This document shows positions 8,249-17,947 of a DNA stretch of 24,929 bases, in pieces. The number at the start of each line of letters is the position of its first letter. Within the stretch, counting starts at the first letter, position 1. This DNA comes from an uncultured Erysipelotrichaceae bacterium (GTDB lineage: Bacteria; Bacillota_I; Bacilli_A; RF39; UBA660): assembly GCA_902766135.1 (NCBI GenBank), contig CACXCK010000060.1:1-24929 (forward strand), given 5' to 3'. The notes beneath the pieces were generated by a model. It did no database searches and was not told the DNA's origin. It saw nothing but the letters and a program-made list of their open reading frames with translations. The position numbers and the translations under genes are program-made.

Positions 8249-8257
8249 CAAATATAA

Positions 8258-8914
8258 CTAACTAAAAATTTTAGGTAATATGTAACCTACAACAAATACT
8301 GCTACCGCAATTGTACAAACAAATGCATAAATAACTTTGTTTTTATCAATTTCAAATGATTCAAAATATCCATGATATAATGCATAATTATAAATCATAG
8401 AACCAAGAACAAAAACAATAACAGCTAAAGTAACATTTACATACATTAAAATGCCTGTTAATAATACTACTACCGATAAAATAACAGAAGCTGTTCCAAC
8501 TAAGGCAAAACTCTTCTTGATATCCGCGTCCTTTACTTTAAATAGAGGACCTGCAAATACATGAAGCATTGAAGCAATCACAGCATAATAAGCAACACAG
8601 TAAAGCATAACTGTAATAATAATCTTAAATGCACTGTCTTTTAAAGCTCCAGAACTAATTCCCATCATTCCATAATAAAATCCCATACCTGATGCACTAA
8701 ATAGTTCTTTTATTGCCAAATAAGATACAATACCAGCAAGTAAACTACTAATACCTATCAAAATTAAACCTAAAACAAAATTATTAGTTTTAGCATACTT
8801 TTTAATTGTATCAACAGGTTTCTTAAAAATCTCCTTTACAATATCAAGACCATCCTTAACATAATCAGGATTATTAGAAACTTTTACTGTCTCCTTTTTT
8901 TCTTCTTTTTCCAC
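8258..8914 (-). CDS. YIP1-family membrane protein
   Basis: Approx. five hydrophobic helices after an IFKKPVDTIK motif. The start is a GTG at 8914 or 8923. Confidence 0.6.
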   Translation of the reverse strand: MEKEEKKETVKVSNNPDYVKDGLDIVKEIFKKPVDTIKKYAKTNNFVLGLILIGISSLLAGIVSYLAIKELFSASGMGFYYGMMGISSGALKDSAFKIIITVMLYCVAYYAVIASMLHVFAGPLFKVKDADIKKSFALVGTASVILSVVVLLTGILMYVNVTLAVIVFVLGSMIYNYALYHGYFESFEIDKNKVIYAFVCTIAVAVFVVGYILPKIFS

Positions 8915-8938
8915 ACATCTCACTCACTTTCTGACTAT

Positions 8939-8967
8939 AGTATAATATTAAATGTATGAAAAAACAA
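8939..8967 (-). promoter_or_regulatory. Possible SigA-type promoter of the YIP1-like gene
   Basis: TTGTTT-17 nt-TATACT. Confidence 0.4.
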
Positions 8968-8976
8968 TCATTTTTT

Positions 8977-9663
8977 TTACATACTAACATTAAAAAAATG
9001 TTTAATATTTTTTATAACTTTTTTCTCAATTCGTGAAATATAAGACTGACTTATCCCTAGAATATCTGCAACTTCTTTTTGTGTATAACTCCTTGTATTA
9101 TTAAGTCCATAACGCATAACCATTATTTGTCTTTCCCTCTCATTTAGTTTATTTATTTCTGAAGAAACAAACTTACTTTCTATTTTCTTAATATAACTAT
9201 CACTTACTAGATCAGAATCAGTTCCTAAAACATCCTCTAAATGTAATTCATTACCTTCACTGTCATAATTTAAACTATCTTCCAAAGATACTTCTTTCCG
9301 TCTTTTTTTATTTTTTCTAATATACATTAATATTTCATTAGCAATACATCTAGAAGCATATGTAGCGAGCTTAATATTCTTATCAATCTTATATGTTTCA
9401 ATCCCCTTAATTAAGCCAATTGACCCAATACTTATTAAATCTTCCATATCATAACCTGTACTCTCATACTTCTTTGCTAAAAAAACAACTAACCTTAAAT
9501 TATGCTCTATTAAAGTTTCCCGAGCATCATCACTCCCTTTATGCATCTCTATTAATAAAGCTCTTTCCTGTTCCAAATCAAGTGGGGGTGGAAGCTTATC
9601 ACTACTCCCAATATAAAAACATTCATTATATTTTTTTAACCAACGAAGTATTTTCTTTATCAT
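8977..9663 (-). CDS. sigE: Sporulation sigma factor pro-SigE
   Basis: YIGSSDKLPPPL, LIEHNLRLVV, EDLISIGSIGLIK, KLATYASRCIANEILM, TQKEVADILGISQSYISRIEK. ATG 9663 follows GGAGG and overlaps the spoIIGA stop (ATGA). Confidence 0.93.
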   Translation of the reverse strand: MIKKILRWLKKYNECFYIGSSDKLPPPLDLEQERALLIEMHKGSDDARETLIEHNLRLVVFLAKKYESTGYDMEDLISIGSIGLIKGIETYKIDKNIKLATYASRCIANEILMYIRKNKKRRKEVSLEDSLNYDSEGNELHLEDVLGTDSDLVSDSYIKKIESKFVSSEINKLNERERQIMVMRYGLNNTRSYTQKEVADILGISQSYISRIEKKVIKNIKHFFNVSM

Positions 9664-10409
9664 AGTTCCTCCAAACATTTAATATTTAATATACAATCAG
9701 TAGTCCCATTCATTAAATTATTATTACTAACCCCTACATAACAATTTTGAATTTTTTTTCCTTCCACAAAAATATTACATACCCTAATACATTTTAATAG
9801 CCCATGTCCATTCAAAGTATTAAAAGGAACATATATAGTACAATAATCGTAAGTTGGAATCAAACCATCACGTACTAAAATAATCGGTCGATGCGTAAAT
9901 GGTTCAATTAACTTATTACCAGTATCTAAATACATATTTAAAAAAACAATTTTGCCCTTATAAAATTCAATATATCCCGTATATAAATGCTGGTACACAA
10001 CTCTTCTTTTATATAACTTCATAAAAAGATATGCACTTAAAGGTCCAAATAGAACTACTAATATAACATAAATTAAATTTGCTTCACTTATTAAATATAA
10101 AAAATAACAACAACCAGCCGTAATAGTTCCGAGCATATAAAAATAAATAACATTTTCTAAAACATAATGAAAAGACTTTGCTCGAAAAGAAATAATACAC
10201 ATCATAGTACTACTAAGTACTCTAATACCAAGCATCATAATTTTATTAATATCAAGTACTAAAAAAATTAATGATAATTCACCAATAAAACTTGCTAGAA
10301 AAATTCTTCTAAATGAAGCTTGCCTTTTAAGTATTTTATTAACACAAATTAAGAGTATTAAATCCATTATATAATTTATAACTAGTAAAACATCAACATA
10401 TATAACCAT
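9660..10409 (-). CDS. spoIIGA: Pro-SigE processing aspartic protease SpoIIGA
   Basis: IYVDV...NYIMD start, multi-TM N-half, catalytic LDTGNKLIEPFTHRPII; directly upstream of sigE. Confidence 0.9.
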   Translation of the reverse strand: MVIYVDVLLVINYIMDLILLICVNKILKRQASFRRIFLASFIGELSLIFLVLDINKIMMLGIRVLSSTMMCIISFRAKSFHYVLENVIYFYMLGTITAGCCYFLYLISEANLIYVILVVLFGPLSAYLFMKLYKRRVVYQHLYTGYIEFYKGKIVFLNMYLDTGNKLIEPFTHRPIILVRDGLIPTYDYCTIYVPFNTLNGHGLLKCIRVCNIFVEGKKIQNCYVGVSNNNLMNGTTDCILNIKCLEEL

Positions 10410-10426
10410 TTAACACCTCCTAAAGT

Positions 10427-10470
10427 ATTTTACAAAAAAAAGACAATAAACTATGTCGTTTACTGTCAAA
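10427..10470 (-). promoter_or_regulatory. Spo0A-activated spoIIG-type promoter with two 0A-box-like heptamers
   Basis: Plus strand TGTCGTT (10454-10460) and TGTCAAA (10464-10470), 10 bp apart, versus the TGNCGAA consensus. The -10 TAAAAT (10427-10432) is 21 bp from the proximal box. Confidence 0.6.
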
Positions 10471-10472
10471 AA

Positions 10473-12836
10473 CTAACGCTCTACAAGAATAGTAGGATCA
10501 AATTTATGAAATAACCACGTTATAAAGAAATTTAATCTTCGATAAATATATAGAGAATCAATTGTAAGTACTAAACCAATTAAAACCGTAACATTATTAA
10601 GTGGCATTAAATTAAAGAATTCATATTGAAATAATAAACAATATAAATAACCACCAAACATCACAAAGAATAATGAACCACGAAGAATTGTAAAAGGTTT
10701 ACATATCTTATATAAATAAATAAAACCTGTAACACTAGTAAGTAAAACTGTTAATGAACTCTGCATATCATAAGGAAGTTCAAATATTCTCGTAAAACAA
10801 GTAACTAATACAGCATTAAAGAAAACCGTTAAAGCAGTTGGCAAACTTCTACTAACTATTTTTAATAAGAAATTACCTCTAACCAAATCATGATTAGGTT
10901 CTAAAGCTAAGATAAAAGAAGGAGTCCCTATCGTAAAAGTTGTAATTAAAGTAAGTTGTATAGGAACAAAGAAATAACGCGTTGATACACATATACTAAA
11001 TAAAATTAATAATACCGTATAAATAGTTTTAACAAGTAACAATGAAGCACTTCTCTCTACATTATTAATTGTTCTTCTTCCTTCAGATACAACTTCTGGT
11101 AATGAAGAAAAATCATTATTTAATAACACCAACTGAGCAACGTTCTTAGCTGCATCAGAGCCACTTGCTACTGAAATAGCACAATCACTTTGTTTTAATG
11201 CTAATACATCATTTATTCCATCTCCAGTCATAGCAACTGTATGTCCAGATTCTTGTAAAATACTAACCAATAGTTTCTTTTGACTAGGTGTTACACGTCC
11301 AAATATTTGATAGTTATTAACCTCCTCTCGAAGTTCCGTTTCATTTAAATGACCAACATCAATTCCTTTTAAATCATCTAAGCCAACCTTCTTAGCAATA
11401 TTTAAAACCGTCTTAACTTGATCTCCAGAAATGATTTTAACCGCTACTCCCTGCTTTTTAAAATAATCTAATGTATCTTTACTACTAGGTCTTATAACAT
11501 CTTCTAAAACAATAAAACCAAGTATTTTTAAATTTTTAGGATTTTCGCTTATTCCCTGTCTATTACGAACAACAGTAAGAACTCTATAATCTTCTAAATA
11601 TGGTTCGACCATATCACTATATTCTTTTGGTATATTACTAAGCAAAAAATCACTAGCCCCAATATAAATAGTCCCCATATCTTTAAACTCTATCCCTGAA
11701 AACTTTCTTTCTGATGAAAAAAGAATTTGATTAACTTTTATAAATGGCTCATCAGTTTTAAAATGTTCCTTTAAAGCTTTCATTGTATCATTATTATCTT
11801 CACTCAAAGTAGCATAACTTGCTAAAATACTGTTCAACTCATCTTCACTAACACCATCATATGGTACAGTTTTAACAACATTCATTCTTCCTTCAGTAAT
11901 AGTTCCCGTCTTATCTAAACATATAACATCTACTCTTGCTAAAGTCTCAATGCAATATAACTGTTGAACTAAAACTTTATACTTAGAAAGCCTAATAACA
12001 CTTACGGCCATAACCGAACTAGTTAATAGAACAAGACCTTCAGGTATCATCCCTATTAATGCAGCAACAGTCGTAAAAATAGCTTCAAAAGCATTTCCCG
12101 TTACATGATATTGACTATAAAACATAATAACAGATATCGGAATAATAAGTAATGATAATACTTTGAGTAACTTTTCAAAAGATTCTAAAATAACAGAATT
12201 AACTTTTTTCTCATATTTAGCTTCTCGTGAAATAGTAGAAACATAATTATCAGACCCGATATGTTCCACCTTACAATAGGCACTACCACTTACTACAAAA
12301 GACCCGGATAATACCAAATCACCCTTTTTTTTAGCTACGGGATCACTTTCACCAGTTAAAGAATCTTCATTTACTTCTAAAGAACCATCCATTAAAATGG
12401 CATCAACTACAACTTGATGTCCCGTTTCAATTCTAATTACATCATCTAAAACTAATTCTTCTAAGCCAAGTTCTTTCCACACCCCATCACGAATTGTAGT
12501 AACCTTAAATTCAGATAACATTGATAACTTATCTATTATTTTTTTTGATATTACCTCTTCAATAATACTTATAATCGAGTTTATTATAATAACGCCCATA
12601 AATAAACAGTTTTTAAGTCCTTGCAATAACTGTCCATTTAATAATCCAGCTAAAAAAACCGCAGCCCCCAAAGCAATATTTAAAAAATTAAAGTAAGTAA
12701 AAAAATTATCTTTAACAATTTGCTTAATTGTTTTTGTTTTAGGCTGATCATCATAGTTTACAAGTCCTTCACTAATTCTTAAATCAACTTGCTCTTTAGT
12801 TAAGCCATCTTTTATACTAGGGTTAAAACGTTCCAT
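10473..12836 (-). CDS. P-type cation-transporting ATPase, CtpE-like
   Basis: LTGES, MIPEGL, CLDKTGTIT, ISGD, TGDGIND, QLTLITTFTIGTPSF. Start ATG 12836 after GGTGA. Confidence 0.85.
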   Translation of the reverse strand: MERFNPSIKDGLTKEQVDLRISEGLVNYDDQPKTKTIKQIVKDNFFTYFNFLNIALGAAVFLAGLLNGQLLQGLKNCLFMGVIIINSIISIIEEVISKKIIDKLSMLSEFKVTTIRDGVWKELGLEELVLDDVIRIETGHQVVVDAILMDGSLEVNEDSLTGESDPVAKKKGDLVLSGSFVVSGSAYCKVEHIGSDNYVSTISREAKYEKKVNSVILESFEKLLKVLSLLIIPISVIMFYSQYHVTGNAFEAIFTTVAALIGMIPEGLVLLTSSVMAVSVIRLSKYKVLVQQLYCIETLARVDVICLDKTGTITEGRMNVVKTVPYDGVSEDELNSILASYATLSEDNNDTMKALKEHFKTDEPFIKVNQILFSSERKFSGIEFKDMGTIYIGASDFLLSNIPKEYSDMVEPYLEDYRVLTVVRNRQGISENPKNLKILGFIVLEDVIRPSSKDTLDYFKKQGVAVKIISGDQVKTVLNIAKKVGLDDLKGIDVGHLNETELREEVNNYQIFGRVTPSQKKLLVSILQESGHTVAMTGDGINDVLALKQSDCAISVASGSDAAKNVAQLVLLNNDFSSLPEVVSEGRRTINNVERSASLLLVKTIYTVLLILFSICVSTRYFFVPIQLTLITTFTIGTPSFILALEPNHDLVRGNFLLKIVSRSLPTALTVFFNAVLVTCFTRIFELPYDMQSSLTVLLTSVTGFIYLYKICKPFTILRGSLFFVMFGGYLYCLLFQYEFFNLMPLNNVTVLIGLVLTIDSLYIYRRLNFFITWLFHKFDPTILVER

Positions 12837-12856
12837 ACTAATCACCATCGAGCAAT

Positions 12857-12885
12857 ATTATAACACATTTACAACTACACACCAA
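12857..12885 (-). promoter_or_regulatory. SigA-type extended -10 promoter for the CtpE-like ATPase
   Basis: TTGGTG-17 nt-TATAAT with TGn extension. Confidence 0.55.
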
Positions 12886-15451
12886 GTTCATAATGGTGTT
12901 TTTTTAAAGTCATCTTTCTTATTATATCAAAAGGTATTACTGTTATTGCTAAAATACTTACTAAAAGAAATTCAAAAGGTGTTAAACCAAACGTTCGAAA
13001 CAAAGCCCCACCATCATATATTAATATTACCTGTACAACAAGAATAAACAAAAAAATAATAACAAAAACAATATTCCTATTTAAATTAGCCAAAATATTT
13101 AATCTATGCGTTCGAGCATTAAAGGCATTACATATCCCAATAAAAATAAATAAAGCAAAATATGCCGTAAGTAAGTATTCATTATTAGCTCCTGGCCTAA
13201 TTAAAGAATGGATAAGAGGACTTTTCAAAAACCACAAACAAAGTATTGCTGAATATCCACCCGTAACTATTATTTCAGAATACATATAACGATTAATTAT
13301 TGGCTCATCTTTTCTCTTAGGTAACTCTCTCATTGTTTCTAGAAGCTCTGGTTCAAACGAAAAAGCAAGTCCTGCAAAAGTATCCATTATCATGTTTATC
13401 CATAACATTTGCACTATTGTAATAGGCGTATGAATACCAATAAAAGGGCCAATAATAGACAAGAATAAAGCACAAAAATTACATGTTAATTGATAAATAA
13501 TAAATTTTCTAATGCTTTTAAAAATTGTTCTTCCATATAATATAGCCTTACTAATAGATAGAATATTATCATCAAGAATTACAATATCACTTGCTTCTTT
13601 ACTAACTTCTGTCCCACTACCCATTGCAAAACCAACATTAGCTTGTTTAAGCGCTGGAGCATCATTAACCCCATCTCCAGTCATCCCAACAACATAACCA
13701 TCTTCCATCGCAATATTAACAAGTCTACTCTTATCAGTTGGTAACGCCCTTGCAATCACTCGTAATTTTGGTAGAATTTTCCTAACTTCGGCATCAGAAT
13801 ACTTATTTAATTCTTCACTCGTTAGAACAATCTCCCCAACATGTAATATCCCAGCATCAGAAGCTATTGCTTTAGCAGTTGCAGGATGATCGCCAGTTAT
13901 CATTACAACATGAATACCAGCCGCTGAGATTTGCTTAACAGCTTCTTTTGTCTCCTTCCGTAATTCATCTTTCATTACAGCTAAACCTATTAATATCAAA
14001 CTATTCATATCAGTATTAGTATAAAACAAACCTATTACTCTAGTTCCTTTCGAAGTACTTCGATAAATCATTTCATTTACTAAACTACTGGATAGCTTCT
14101 TAACCTCACCATCTAAATCTACATAATATTTACATTTAGATACTAATACTTCACAAGCCCCCTTTACAAAAGTTGTTGTAACCCCCTTTTCTAGTATTGT
14201 AACACTTGCATACTTTCGCCTACTATCAAATGGCACACTTCCGACTTTTGAAACCTTAATTGGTCCATCATAAGCATATTTTAACAGTGCTCTATCAGTA
14301 TAATTACCACCAATTATTTGGCCATCAAAACTCATTTCACTTTCATTATTTAACACCATACTTTTTTGAAGTAACGCATAATATTTAGGATAAGATAAGA
14401 TAGACTCCTTTTTTACAAATTTTTTACCATTACCTGTATAAATCTCCACAACCTCTAATTTTCCCTTAGTAAGGGTTCCCGTTTTATCGGTAAATAGCAT
14501 ATTCATTGAACCAGTCGTTTCAATACCAACAAGTTTTCTAACTAAAACATTATTTTTAAGCATTTTCTTCATATTACTTGATAAAACTAATGTAATCATC
14601 ATCGGTAATCCCTCTGGTACAGCCACCACAATAATTGTAACCGCAAGTGTTAAAGAATATATTAAATGATTAGCCATTAAAGGAAAATTTGTTAAAGTGC
14701 CTATTATTTTAGCATACCGAAAACCATTAGCAATAACTACAACCGATAATAAATAAGAAAACATTACCAGTATTGCCCCAATATAGCCAATTTTACTAAT
14801 TGTTTTGGCAAGCATCGATAGTTTTATCTTTAATGGGCTATCAGGTTCTTGAACTTGTAATTCACGGGCTATTTTACCATACATAGTATTATCTCCAACA
14901 CTTCTTATTTCTACTTCACAATTTCCTGCATAAAGAACCGTCCCTCTATAAACTTCATCACCAACAACCTTGTTTTTTTCCTTACTTTCCCCATTAAGCT
15001 TCGATTCATCAATTCTCACACTACCACTAACAATAACTCCGTCTGCTGGGACCTCGTCTCCTCCTTGAAGAATAACAATATCAGAGACAACAACATCATC
15101 TAAAAGTATCTCTCTTAACTGTCCATCTCTTCTTACTTTAACAGATAAATCTCCTTCTACCTCTTGTAATCTCTTAAAAGCTTCCTCACTTCCATACTCA
15201 CTAAGACTAGATATTAAACTAGACAAAAGAATAGCAATTAATATCCCAAGCGTTTCAAACCAATTAAAATCTTTAAATAAAAAAACAACTTTCACTAATA
15301 AAGCGACCAATAATATTTTAATAATGGGGTCACCAAATGTTTCCAAAAAAATACTTACAAAACTTCTTTTTTTTAACTCAGTTAAACTATTAGTACCATA
15401 CTTTTTTCTAGATTCTTCTACTTCATCATTGCTAAGACCATTTCTATTCAT
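12875..15451 (-). CDS. Calcium-translocating P-type ATPase, PMCA-type (IIB)
   Basis: LNGES, VAVPEGLP, TDKTGTLT, ITGD, TGDGVND, QLTCN (TM5), QMLWINMIMD (TM6). Start ATG 15451 after AGGTGA. Confidence 0.9.
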   Translation of the reverse strand: MNRNGLSNDEVEESRKKYGTNSLTELKKRSFVSIFLETFGDPIIKILLVALLVKVVFLFKDFNWFETLGILIAILLSSLISSLSEYGSEEAFKRLQEVEGDLSVKVRRDGQLREILLDDVVVSDIVILQGGDEVPADGVIVSGSVRIDESKLNGESKEKNKVVGDEVYRGTVLYAGNCEVEIRSVGDNTMYGKIARELQVQEPDSPLKIKLSMLAKTISKIGYIGAILVMFSYLLSVVVIANGFRYAKIIGTLTNFPLMANHLIYSLTLAVTIIVVAVPEGLPMMITLVLSSNMKKMLKNNVLVRKLVGIETTGSMNMLFTDKTGTLTKGKLEVVEIYTGNGKKFVKKESILSYPKYYALLQKSMVLNNESEMSFDGQIIGGNYTDRALLKYAYDGPIKVSKVGSVPFDSRRKYASVTILEKGVTTTFVKGACEVLVSKCKYYVDLDGEVKKLSSSLVNEMIYRSTSKGTRVIGLFYTNTDMNSLILIGLAVMKDELRKETKEAVKQISAAGIHVVMITGDHPATAKAIASDAGILHVGEIVLTSEELNKYSDAEVRKILPKLRVIARALPTDKSRLVNIAMEDGYVVGMTGDGVNDAPALKQANVGFAMGSGTEVSKEASDIVILDDNILSISKAILYGRTIFKSIRKFIIYQLTCNFCALFLSIIGPFIGIHTPITIVQMLWINMIMDTFAGLAFSFEPELLETMRELPKRKDEPIINRYMYSEIIVTGGYSAILCLWFLKSPLIHSLIRPGANNEYLLTAYFALFIFIGICNAFNARTHRLNILANLNRNIVFVIIFLFILVVQVILIYDGGALFRTFGLTPFEFLLVSILAITVIPFDIIRKMTLKKHHYELGV

Positions 15452-15501
15452 GGTATTTATCACCTATCAAAATATATGTAATAAGAACTAAAAAAGACCA
15501 C

Positions 15502-15527
15502 AAAAAAACTTCACAATTGTGAAGTTT
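15502..15527 (-). terminator. Intrinsic terminator of the NPQTG protein gene
   Basis: Stem AAACTTCAC/GTGAAGTTT, AATT loop, T-run. Confidence 0.75.
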
Positions 15528-15532
15528 AATTA

Positions 15533-16237
15533 TTAAACATTATATATTTTACTCTTCTTAGTCATCATAAATGCTGCAACAGCAAGAGCAATACCACCAA
15601 CAATAATTATATAACTAACAGCAGATCCTGTTTGAGGATTTTCAGAAGAACAAGCTTTCTCATATTCTTCTTTAGTTACTTGATTACCATTATTATCATA
15701 ATATTCACCATTCTTACCAGTAGTACATTTAGGTGTTACTGGAGTTTCTCCAGGTTCACCACTTATTTCCATTGATATTTCACAAACATCTGCAGAAGTT
15801 GCCCCAGTAGAATCAATATTAATTGTTGCAAGTTTAGTTTGTTTAGGTCCACTAATATCTTTAGAAGCCTTAGCAGTAAACGTTACATTAGTCCCACTAA
15901 CTGAACAAGAAACATCATAATTAGTCTTACTAGTTATTGCTTCACAAGCACTTATAGCATACTTTGAATTACTAAAATTAACACTACCAGAAAGGACATA
16001 ACCTGTAGTAATAGTTTCCCCTTCTAATATATTAGCAAAAATAGCAACAGATTTATCAGATTGTTTTAATTCAAAACTACCACTAAAATCACTAGGAGCA
16101 GTAAAAGTAGAGTTATCAGAATTAACAGCACTCCATGAAGTAGCAGTAGAAGCAACAACACCAGAAGCATTAACTCTAGCAAATGGTAATATCAATAAAC
16201 TAACTAAAGCAATTACACCCAAGACCTTTTTTTTCAT
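15533..16237 (-). CDS. Cell-wall-anchored Ser/Thr-rich surface protein with NPQTG sorting signal
   Basis: Signal peptide MKKK...ARVNA; C-terminal NPQTG, hydrophobic helix and KKSK tail. Confidence 0.85.
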   Translation of the reverse strand: MKKKVLGVIALVSLLILPFARVNASGVVASTATSWSAVNSDNSTFTAPSDFSGSFELKQSDKSVAIFANILEGETITTGYVLSGSVNFSNSKYAISACEAITSKTNYDVSCSVSGTNVTFTAKASKDISGPKQTKLATINIDSTGATSADVCEISMEISGEPGETPVTPKCTTGKNGEYYDNNGNQVTKEEYEKACSSENPQTGSAVSYIIIVGGIALAVAAFMMTKKSKIYNV

Positions 16238-16370
16238 TAAACTTCCCTCTTTCTTTTTCTATTATGTAACCATTATAACATAAAAATACAAATATTCCAC
16301 ATTTTTTGTATTTTTTTACAATTATTTTGCAAAATATGATATGATAGTAAAGGAATAAGGATGGGTGAAT

Positions 16371-17942
16371 ATGAAAAAAATCTTAATACGAATTCAAAAC
16401 AATCAATTATACTTCTCCTATAAAAAAGATAAGACCATCCGCGAAGACCTAATGAATACTAACATCATATCAGATTCAGAACTTGTTTTCAGCGATGATT
16501 ATATAGCCGATAACCAAAAAATAGTTATACCTTTTTTCAAAGAATTATGTTTAATGAACTCTATCGATACATTAGTTTTTCAAAACATTGAATTAGCCTA
16601 TTCAATCGTCGATCTCTTTAAAGATATCAAAATAAGAACTATTAGACTAAAAAAAGAGGAACCACTTACACACACTTTAAGCGAAAAACTAATTTCTTTA
16701 AAACATTTAAAAGAAATCCAATGCTATAGTGTACCAAACTACTTACTTGATTTACTAGATAAACATCATCTTATTGTAAACACAACAAACGAAATATTCT
16801 ATATATCTAGTTTCATGCTAACTAATAACTTAACAAGTTATTCAGCTATATTTTATAAAAGAAGAATTAAAATATACAAAAAATTATCTAATGAAGACAT
16901 AGAAGACTGGCATTCTTTTCTAAAAATAAATAAATACTTAAGAGAAGTCTCTTTAGAAGAACTTCACCATGATGATTTAGAATTAATTATTGAAACTCTA
17001 ATTCTCTATCATCATAAAAATATTTCTATAGAACTATGTGAAAATATTAATAACCTAGATGATATCCAATACTTACGTACATTAAATAAAAAGAATAAAA
17101 AGAATAAAATATCTATTCATCTAAAATATTCAGATGAATACCTAGAAACCAATATAATGAGACAAATATCTTTAAACACTCTAAAACTATGTGGTATCTT
17201 CTTAATAATAATGTTAGTTGGAACCATAGGCTACATTTCCATTGGCAACTACAATGCCATGCAAGAAGTAAGTAAAATCCAAGAAGAAGTAGCCAAAAAA
17301 ATTGAAAAAAGCGAAGAAATTGACACAGAAGAAATAATTCCTACAGATGAAGAATACAAAATAAAAAATAAGTATATAGCTTCTCTTCTTTCTATCAATA
17401 AAGACGTAGTAGGATACTTAAAAGTTAAAAACACCAATGTCGATTATCCCGTTGTTATAGGCGAAGATAACAAATACTATCTAAAAAAGAATCTTTACAA
17501 TGAAGATGATAAAAACGGTTGGATCTTCATGGACTTTAGAAATTCAGACAAAATACTAAATGACAATACCATCATATATGGTCATAACATGTATTACAGT
17601 GGCGTTATGTTTGGTACTCTTCACAATGTTTTAAATGCTTCTTGGTATAATAACGAAGAAAACCTAACAATTCAGTTTGACACCATGTACGAAAGTATGA
17701 ATTGGCAAATCTATTCCATCTATACAATTCCTAAAACAAGCGATTACTTAAAAGTATCTTTCCAAGATGAAAATGCTAAACTAGATTTTATTAATATGAC
17801 CAAAAATAGAAGTATTAAAAACTTTAATATTGATGTTACAGCAAATGATCATTTATTAACATTATCCACTTGTACTGGCGATAACTCAAGATTAGTAATT
17901 CATGCTAAATTAATAACACCAATTACCGTTTCTGATGAATAA
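16371..17942 (+). CDS. srtB: Class B sortase with an approx. 270-aa N-terminal extension before the TM helix
   Basis: VVGYLKV, NVDYPVV, GWIFMDFRN, NTIIYGHNM (His), LTLSTC (Cys), SRLVIHAK (Arg). The start is ATG 16371 or GTG 16365. Confidence 0.88.
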   Translation: MKKILIRIQNNQLYFSYKKDKTIREDLMNTNIISDSELVFSDDYIADNQKIVIPFFKELCLMNSIDTLVFQNIELAYSIVDLFKDIKIRTIRLKKEEPLTHTLSEKLISLKHLKEIQCYSVPNYLLDLLDKHHLIVNTTNEIFYISSFMLTNNLTSYSAIFYKRRIKIYKKLSNEDIEDWHSFLKINKYLREVSLEELHHDDLELIIETLILYHHKNISIELCENINNLDDIQYLRTLNKKNKKNKISIHLKYSDEYLETNIMRQISLNTLKLCGIFLIIMLVGTIGYISIGNYNAMQEVSKIQEEVAKKIEKSEEIDTEEIIPTDEEYKIKNKYIASLLSINKDVVGYLKVKNTNVDYPVVIGEDNKYYLKKNLYNEDDKNGWIFMDFRNSDKILNDNTIIYGHNMYYSGVMFGTLHNVLNASWYNNEENLTIQFDTMYESMNWQIYSIYTIPKTSDYLKVSFQDENAKLDFINMTKNRSIKNFNIDVTANDHLLTLSTCTGDNSRLVIHAKLITPITVSDE

Positions 17943-17947
17943 GTATT

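Noticed and set aside
8951-8958. CATACATT, a SigE -10-like motif upstream of the YIP1-like gene
   Set aside because: No matching -35 at the proper spacing (A-run), and a SigA-like promoter fits the same region.
14970-15010. NGES instead of TGES in the PMCA-type ATPase actuator domain
   Set aside because: The catalytic Glu is retained and I recall this variant in other bacterial PMCA-type pumps; not evidence of inactivation.
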